The translations under genes and the position numbers were made by a program. The notes under the pieces are model-generated. The model made no database searches. It was given only the letters and a program-made list of their open reading frames with translations, and was not told the DNA's origin. Below, piece by piece: positions 56,869 through 64,000 of a DNA stretch of 64,000 bases; position 1 is the first letter of the stretch, and each line of letters begins with the position of its first letter. The DNA is from Eledone cirrhosa. Taxonomy: Eukaryota. The stretch covers positions 34,410,001 to 34,474,000 of the forward strand of contig OZ024748.1 of assembly GCA_964016885.1 (NCBI GenBank), in the 5' to 3' direction.

Positions 56869-59800
56869 TTACAGACATATACTCAGAGTAGGCCCATTCA
56901 CTCGGGCCATACATGCTTCTCTCACCCATATTTCAACAAAATGCTGGGAGGAGAGCACTTCCCTCTCTACCCTGATTTTCCTTTTCAAATGAAATTTGAA
57001 AAAGTTAATCAGGGCATCACCGAAGAGGTAAGTGCTCGTCTTCACCCCTTTCAAACGTGTCCACCATACTATATCTTTCGCCATGGCCACCAGACAGATA
57101 AAATCTGCCTGCCCTTCCTGGCTAAAGGAAGGGGGCGGGGCAATCCTCACGATGGACTCAGCTGATAGCTGGATCCGTCCTACACGTGACAGCAGGTGTT
57201 CGACATAAACCCACACGTCAGCAATGCTCGGACACTGGAGGAGTGCGTGCAGGACGGTTTCGTCGCCCTGCGCGCATCTTGGACATGCCCGGCTGATGGC
57301 ACCTCCATACCTGTAGAGTTTATCCCGAACTGGCAAAGCTCCTCGGTAGCACTGCCAGGCCAGGGATTTCTGGAAGTTGTCCATAGGCCCCGGCCCGAAA
57401 GTCCTTCCGAAGAGATTGGCTAGTTGATTTTCGTCGACGCCTAGAGTTTCTCCAAGTACGTCGTCGCTCTTCCCCTCCACTAATCCCCTATAGAACGCCA
57501 AGGTGGTGTTTCCACCGATCACATTGCCCGATTGGTCGAGGGCTCTGAGCGCCTGAAGACATTCCAGTCTCCAACGCTACCTCTCGGTCTTTGCTTGACC
57601 CAGGTCTGCAGCTCCGTCAAGGAGACGAGCTGGGGAAAGACGTGTCTAGCAAACGGCGACCACACCTGATCACGGTCGAGGAAGAGGTGGAGATGTCATA
57701 GCCTGAGCGCGTGTCTGCGCATCATCAGCCACGGCATGCCCAGCCCTCCACGTAGCGGGTATTGACAGCAGATGGACCGCCTGACCATCGGAGCGCGTCC
57801 CTTCCACAAAAAGCGAAAGAGAAAACGCTCCAGCGCAGTCAGGCGGGGCTTAGGAAAAGGTACGACGGTCAGGCGGTAGTAGATGACGGACGCGATGTAC
57901 GCGTTAGCCACCTCTGCTCGACCTTTCAGGGATAGCTTCCTCTCCGCGCATTTCTGGGTGAGAGAAGCCACTCTGCTCGTCACCTCGTCCCAGTTTTTGT
58001 CCGTCTGGAGGTCCGGAACGAACCAGACCCTTAGAAATTTAACCGGTCCGTCCGTCCAGCGCCCGACGACGCTGTTGGACGGTATGGACCTGTAATTCCA
58101 GGTGCCGAGCTGCAGGCCCACTGACTTTTCCTGGTTGATCATTGCTCTTGACACCTGTTAGTGTAGTGCCGATCGCCTCGATGTGTTTGGCATTCGAGAT
58201 CACTAAGGTGACATCGTCCGCATATGCTGACACGGATCTTCCGCATCCTAGTTCGCGCGGGACCCGCATCAAGTCTCCAGTCTGTGCAGTAATGGCTCGA
58301 GAGTCAATACGTACAAGAGGGACGAGAGGGGACATCCTTGGCGGACCGAGCGTATGATGTTGAACGGTTCCGAAAGGTGACCGTTCACTCTCACCACAGA
58401 GCAGATGTCGCTGTGCATGGCAGCGATCCAGACTCTGAAGACGGGCCCAAAGCCAGCCGCCCTCAGGTCTGCCGCTAGGTAACGATGGTCGACCCAATCG
58501 AAAGCTTTCGACTGATCTAAATTGATCAAGGACCCACCCGTGCCAGGTTCCCTAGCTACCCTCTCTACGATGTATCGCATGAGGTGGAGGTTGTCGTGGA
58601 TGGATCTGTCGGGAATGGCGCACGTCTGCGCCTCTCCCACCAGACCACCTACGACAAGCGCCAACCTCTTTGCTAGCACCTTGGCCAAAATCTTGAACTC
58701 TGTGTTTAGCAGAGTTATGGGCCTGAAATTATCTATGTTATCCCCCTTGTTCGGATCCTTTCTCAGCAGCGCCACAGCTCCTCGGCTCACAGAGCTGGGA
58801 ATTCTCCAGTTCTGTTGCCAGTTGCAGTAGACGCCCGCCAAGAGGCCTCCGAACAAGTTTGGCATTTGTACGTAAAGTTCATAGGGCAGACCATCCAAAT
58901 CAGGCGATTTACCCCTTGTGCAGCCAGTCATTGCCTCCCGTACTTCAGCGGCTGTTATCGGCTTTTCGCAACACTCCGCCTCAGTGGCCGAGAGCCGCGG
59001 CAGTCCGTCGAGGTAAACACTAAAGTCCATCCCTCGATCCGGCCCGCCGCTGCCCCCGAACAGCTGTGCGAAGTGTCGCTGAAAAGCTTCACACATTCGC
59101 CCGGGATCGAGTAGCATGCGCCCGTCGTGGTCCACCAAAGACCGGATCGTGGCTTTGTTGCCACGACGCGCCTCCGCCACTCGGGCCCATTGAACGGCTT
59201 TCGTCCCCTCGTGTATGACAGCACGCACCCTAGCTCTGACAACGCAGCCTTCGTGCTTTACATTGAAGAATTGGTCAAGGGCCAATTTCGCCGCAAGTAC
59301 GTCGGTCGCGATGCCTTTGCTAAGCGCCTCGTCTAATTTTCTAACTAATTCTCCCTCTGCTCTATTTTTCTCTATTGCTAAAGCCTTACTAAACCTAATG
59401 GACTCCATTCTAATTGCTCTTTTCAGAGCAAACCACCACTTGTTGTTGACGATGGCCCCCGTCAACGCTCGCTTAACTAGTTCGCTAATCCGGTCCCTGT
59501 AGGCCTTGCGCGCTGGTAAGGACGCGTTTAGCTTCCAGTAGCGGGGTCCTCGTCTATGAAGCCTATCTAAGTCAAGCACACAGATCACAAATTTGTGGTC
59601 CGTGTAGCTGACTATCTTGAATTGTGGACAGCCTATGCTAGACCTATCTATTTCCCTACAAAATACTCTATCTAGATATGATCTGGATGACCCGATACGG
59701 TTTGTCCAAGTCCACATTGGCACAGTCGGGAAATCCAATCGGTACCTGTCAGACAGTTCAAAATGCCTGAGCAGGTTGGTGAGGCTCTTGCACCCTCCTC

Positions 59801-60275
59801 CCCTATCCACTAATCCCACACAGTCCCAGCGTGCATCTAAGATCCCGTTCCAGTCGCCCACTAACACTAAAGAGCAGGACGTTCAAAGTAAGGTCTCCAG
59901 ACGCCGGAAGAAATCAGGCCGCCCTGCTCCTGTCGGGGCATAGACGGCCACTAACCTGAAAGCTTGCCCGTCTCCGCTGGTCACGTCCAGCACTACCAAC
60001 TTACCTTCTGGGTCCAGGAAGATGGCCCGTATGGCAAGATCCAAACCTCTCCGAAAAAGCACAGCAACTCCACCCCCCGATCCCGGACGGCTGGGAGATG
60101 CGTACACATCGTAGCCGCCGAAGATCGGTGCGAAGGCCCGTGCTTCGGAGATTCTGGTCTCGCTGATGGCCACTACATCTATGTTTAGTGACCTGAGGTC
60201 GTTGAGCAGGTGGCCCTGCTTCCATGACGACCCCAATCCACGCGCATTTATGCTGCCTATTCTGAGTGAGGTCAT
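56869..60275 (-). pseudogene. ORF2: APE-type endonuclease + reverse transcriptase + C-terminal zinc finger, disrupted
   Basis: APE motifs: SINARGL, AISETR, VAVYAP, LVGDWN, YLDRVF, TDH. RT motifs: KSPDLDG, FRPITLLNTEFKILAK, LDQSKAFDWVDH, VRQGCPLS, YADD (58213-58224). C-terminal CPRC-x8-H-x4-C. Lesions are in-frame TGA codons at 59885-59883 and 57698-57696 and frameshifts near 58272, 58150 and 57580. Confidence 0.95.
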
Positions 60276-60309
60276 GTTGAAATGGAGTGGAAAAGATGGG
60301 AAAGATTAC

Positions 60310-62068
60310 TTACCTTACTTCACGTAGAGGCAGGACGGTTTCTCCATCCTTTTCACTGCTTGTGGCCTCCTCAGGAAGTATGTCCTTATAAATCCTCATG
60401 GAAAGTGCTTGTCGGAAGTCTCCGATGTCTTTGGGAAATTTTTGTTTTAGTGTCATGTACGTTTTCTGTGTGATGCGAGTGATTTGTATGTGTGGAGGTG
60501 GTGTGAACTTTTGGGTTGTTGTGTAGTCTTTTTCTGTAATGCTGGTGTTGTGTTGGATGTAGTGTAATAATTGGTTGTTGTTCATATTTAATGCTGTGTA
60601 ATGTGTATCGTTTTGGTTATTTTGTTTTGTTTGCGTTTGTTGTGGGTATGTTTCTGTTTCGCTTTTTGGTGACTTTTGTGGTGTAGGTGGTGGTGGTGTT
60701 GGGGTTAATGATGGTGGTGTTGGTGTTTGGGGTGATGGGGTTGGTGATGCTGGTGTGGATGGTGGCATATCTGTCCTAACTCTTTTGTTTGATAGTTTAT
60801 TTTTTCCCTCTGTATTTTGTTTTTGGAGGGGGAAGGAAGAGAATTTTTTCTTTTTTGGTTTCTTTTTTTATTTTTCCTGATACTCGTCGTCACAATCTGT
60901 CTCCAGTTGTGATAGGCCGGGGAGTGGAAAATCCTCCACAGGCGTTAGTTTTGGTTGTAGCGTGGTGGATGGTGTAGGCGCTGGTGCTAGTTCTGGCGCG
61001 TTGGGTGGTGGTGGTGTTGGTTTTGCTACAGTTGTTGGGGTTGTTGCTGTTACAGTTGCTTCTGTTGTTGCTGCTACAGTTGTTGCTGCCATTTCTGCTG
61101 CTGGTGGTGTTGATGGCTGAGTCACTAGGGTGGGTAAGAGAGGTGACCTAAACCTTTTAGCCTGAGGACAGAAAGCCCTTAGGTGGGTTCCTTCACCACA
61201 AACGACACACCTAGGCCTTCTGCCCTCGACGATTCCGGTGAGGTGGCTGCCGTCAGTGAGTTCTATTACCTCTGGGATCTCCTCAATGCCTTTTTGGTCC
61301 GCTTGGATCAGGAGCTCCATCCCAGATCCGGACCAGTTCTCCTGCTTTTCTTTCGCTATTTCAATTATCTTGGTGTTGGCCTCGATGCCGGTGAGGACGG
61401 CAGCCATTAGCCAGGGAATTTCGATGGCCGGTGGAACGTGGGTCACCCTGATCTTCACAAGTCTCTGGCCACAATAGCTTGGGACGAGTGTGAAGTCGTC
61501 ACTTCTTAATGGGGCCATGGAGTGTTCTCTGGCCTCCTGTGGTGTTTCAAAGAATACGTCTACGGTTCCATATTTCTGCCCACGTCTGATGTGGGGATTT
61601 TTTGCCCACACATGTCCCAAAGCTTTTTGGATTTGGGACTCGGATGCCCGTTCCACTCGGTGCGATTTTATGTTAATTGTCCGATAAGACACGTGCATAG
61701 GCGACGATGCTCCATTTTATTAGGTGGGGGGGGGGGCTGACCTTGTACCCATCTTTCTTTACCATTCCTTTGGCTTCTTCTAATTCCTTCTGAGTTACCT
61801 GGATCGCTTCGCACGTTTTTGATACTCTGGCAAAACTCAGGGTAGTTTTCTTAATTTCATTGTTGCTGTTGTTGTTATCGTTATTTTTGTTATTGTTAAT
61901 TTTAGTTTCAGTTGTGGTGGTGGTGGCGTCGGTGGTGTTCGTTGTGGAAGAGTTCATTTTGGTTGAATTCATTTCGATATCACGTGTTAATTTATTTTTT
62001 TCTTTTGTTTCTGTTGTGGTTGTGGTGATGGTGGTGGTGGGGGTGGCGGCTTTAACAGCTGCAGTCAT
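60310..62068 (-). pseudogene. ORF1: gag-like nucleic-acid-binding protein with CCHC zinc knuckle, disrupted
   Basis: CVVCGEGTHLRAFC (C-x2-C-x4-H-x4-C) lies at 61168-61209, after an RRM-like region (GTVDVFFETPQEA, VKIRVTHVP; RRM assignment inferred). The frame breaks around the G11 run at 61726-61736 and near 61695. A single in-frame TAA at 60870-60868 separates the 276-aa and 152-aa ORFs. The true start may lie further upstream (~62197). Confidence 0.85.
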
Positions 62069-62410
62069 TGGTAATGGCGGGAAATGAAGTCTGCCTGAGA
62101 CAAATTTAAAATATTGCTACTGCTTACATTTCCAGTGTTGGCAAACGTAGCAATATTTACAATGGTGGTGTCGGTGTGAGGTGTTAGTCATCCATGATTT
62201 TTCAAAGAAAAATTTTTGTTTGATAATTATAAAAAGTTTAAATTTTGGGCTCAAGGCCCCAATATTTTTGAGTGTCCTTTTCAGAAATCAATGTATGTGC
62301 ACTTATATACAGTTAACAATAAAAGTTTTCCATAAATGGCAATTTTAAACAACTGAAAATAAGAAACCTTTGCGGAGCTCACGATGATACGATTTACTAC
62401 GTAGGTCGCC

Positions 62411-62458
<48 letters not shown>
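62411..62458. repeat. Perfect (AAT)16 between elements 1 and 2
   Basis: Read directly from the sequence. Confidence 0.98.
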
Positions 62459-62459
<1 letters not shown>

Positions 62460-62979
62460 CTTTCTTTATTAACCACAAGGGTTTACATAAAGTAGACATT
62501 AAGGACAGTACAGGACAATACAGGACGGTACAAATGGGCATTTCTGCGTGTAAAAAAAACAGAGGGTGTAATAAAAATAACAATGAAAAATTCCCCAATA
62601 GGGGGGAGACTTCCGAGGGACATTTGTGGAGAAAGCCCATTAAAAGGCCACAGTGACCCTGACAACCAGGGTAAGTGCCTTCTCCCAGTTTTCCACCTTT
62701 AATTTACAGACACATACTCAGAGTAGGCCCATTCACTCGGGCCATTCTTGCTTCTCTCACCCATCTTTCAACAAAATGCTGGGAAGAGAGCACTTCCCTC
62801 TCTACCCTGATTTTCCTTTTCAAATGAAATTTGAAAAAGTTAATCAGGGCATCACCGAAGAAGTAAGTGCTCGTCTTCAGCCCTTTCAAACGTGTCCACC
62901 ATACTATCTCTTTCGCCATGGCCACCAGACCAATAAAAACTGCCTGCCCTTGCCGGCTAAAGGAAGAGGGCGGGGCAAT
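62459..62979 (-). mobile_element. 5'-truncated copy (~520 bp) of the same family (element 2): ORF2 C-terminus + 3' UTR
   Basis: Colinear with 56620-57144 and about 95% identical by eye. Encodes ...MAKEIVWWTRLKG...RVNGPTLSMCL*. Confidence 0.95.
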
Positions 62980-62994
62980 AATAATAATAATAAT
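62977..62994. repeat. (AAT)6 at the 5' truncation junction of element 2
   Basis: Read directly; the first AAT is shared with the element sequence. Confidence 0.9.
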
Positions 62995-63141
62995 ATATTT
63001 TTTTAAGCTGTAAATTATAATCAATGTGGTGTTTTAACTGGCTTACCAATGTATACAGTGAATTTATTTGCCCTATCTGTCAAGAAGACAGTCGGCATAT
63101 ATCAGAAACAATACTATAGGAAAAAGAAAAAAAGCAACAAC

Positions 63142-63174
63142 AATAATAATAATAATGATGATAATAATAATAAT
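63142..63174. repeat. Interrupted (AAT)n at the 3' junction of element 3
   Basis: AATAATAATAATAATGATGATAATAATAATAAT. Confidence 0.9.
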
Positions 63175-64000
63175 GGTTTCTTTATTGGCCACAAGGACTG
63201 ACACGAAGAAAAACATTAGAGACGGCACAGAACAGTACAGGACGATACAAAGTGGGTTTTGGTCGTGTAAACAGGTTATAACAAAATCGGTCTAGAAATA
63301 CCAAAAAATTCAAACAACAAAAATTCCACAGGAAGGGGAAACCTCCGAGGGTCACTCATGGTGAAAACTACACAAAAGACCACGGCCACCCTGACCAACA
63401 GGGGAAGCGCCCTCTCTCACTTTTCCCACTCCTCAGTCTACAGGCGCATACTCAGAGCGGGCCCGTTCACTCGGACCAGACTCACCACTTTCACCCACCG
63501 TTCAATAAACTTACTAGAAGACAGCACTTGCCTCTCCACCCTGATTTTCCTCTTCAAGGGAAACTTGAAAAAGTTAATCAGGGATTGGCCGAAGAGGAAA
63601 GTGTCCGTCTTCAACCCTTTCAACCTTGTCCACCACACAATCTCTTTCGCTATGGCCACTAGGCAGATGTAATCTGTCTGCCCTTCCTCCTCTTTAAAGG
63701 AGGATGGCGGGGCTATCTGCACAAAGAACTCAGTCAATAACCGGATCCGTCCTACACTCGACAGCAGCTTTTCGACATAGCTCCACAAGTTCGGGCACTG
63801 AACGAGTGCATACAGGGCGGTTTCGTCGCCCTGCACGCATTTCGGACAGGCTCGGCTGACAGCACCTCCGTGCCTGTAGAGCTTATCCCGAACCGGCAAC
63901 GCTCCCCGGTAGCACTGCCAGGCCAGGGATTTCGGGAAGTTGTCCATAGGCCCCGGTCTGAAAGTTCTCTTGAAGAGAGCGAACAGCTGATCGTCTTCGA
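63175..64000 (-). mobile_element. 3' portion of a diverged related L1/Tx1 subfamily (element 3), truncated by the window end
   Basis: The 3' end GGTTTCTTTATTGGCCACAAGG matches GCTTTCTTTATTAACCACAAGG of elements 1 and 2. The ORF2 C-terminus is clearly homologous (KSLAWQCYRGALPVRDKLYR), while the 3' UTR is much more diverged. Confidence 0.93.
63438..64000 (-). pseudogene. ORF2 C-terminal fragment of element 3 (zinc finger region)
   Basis: The 169-aa ORF aligns to the 217-aa ORF of element 1. The zinc-finger His is replaced by Tyr (CPKC-x8-Y-x4-C), and a 3-codon deletion follows. Confidence 0.8.

Larger units (their letters stand above)
56620..62410 (-). mobile_element. Apparently full-length (~5.8 kb), inactivated non-LTR retrotransposon of the L1/Tx1 group (element 1)
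   Basis: Layout is 5' UTR, ORF1 (CCHC knuckle), a 34-nt spacer, ORF2 (APE-RT-zinc finger), and a ~250-nt 3' UTR with AATAAA. The 3' end is defined by alignment to the copies at 62459 and 63175. The 5' end (GGCGACC... on the minus strand) is inferred from the adjoining (AAT)16. Confidence 0.93.

Noticed and set aside
58213-59867. Bacterial RT system (retron, DGR or group II intron) linked to the repeat array
   Set aside because: The RT is fused to an APE endonuclease and has a CCHC ORF1, which is typical of a eukaryotic LINE. No sequence is shared with the satellite.
56620-62979. LTR retrotransposon (the ~520-bp direct repeats at 56620 and 62459 read as LTRs)
   Set aside because: The repeat includes ORF2 coding sequence, lacks TG...CA ends, PBS and PPT, and is set off by (AAT)16. 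The enzyme is APE-RT with no integrase.
56818-63672. Plus-strand ORFs overlapping the elements, including the similar 115-aa and 117-aa ORFs
   Set aside because: They are antisense shadows of ORF1/ORF2, and their mutual similarity simply reflects the element copies.

Overview
This is eukaryotic, repeat-only DNA with no supportable host gene. (1) Positions 1-54746 are an uninterrupted satellite array of a 26-bp monomer (consensus GACCAACACCAGTCACAATGTAACTA). The monomer has a built-in dyad (AGTCACA-A-TGTRACT). The array also contains a recurring 31+26-bp dimer cassette and nested tandem duplications from 187 bp to about 6.07 kb. (2) Positions 54747-56619 are a microsatellite and low-complexity spacer containing a duplicated ~75-bp unit tailed by (ACT)n. 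(3) Positions 56620-64000 hold three minus-strand L1/Tx1-type non-LTR retrotransposon copies. One is full length but mutated (5.8 kb; ORF1 with CCHC knuckle; ORF2 with APE endonuclease, RT and zinc finger), one is a ~520-bp 5'-truncated sibling, and one is a diverged subfamily member cut by the window end. The best finding is that all five visible element termini abut an (AAT)n tract and no poly(A) tail is present. This suggests a Tx1-like family that specifically targets (AAT)n/(ATT)n microsatellites. All alignments and identities were judged by eye, and novelty cannot be confirmed without a database search.
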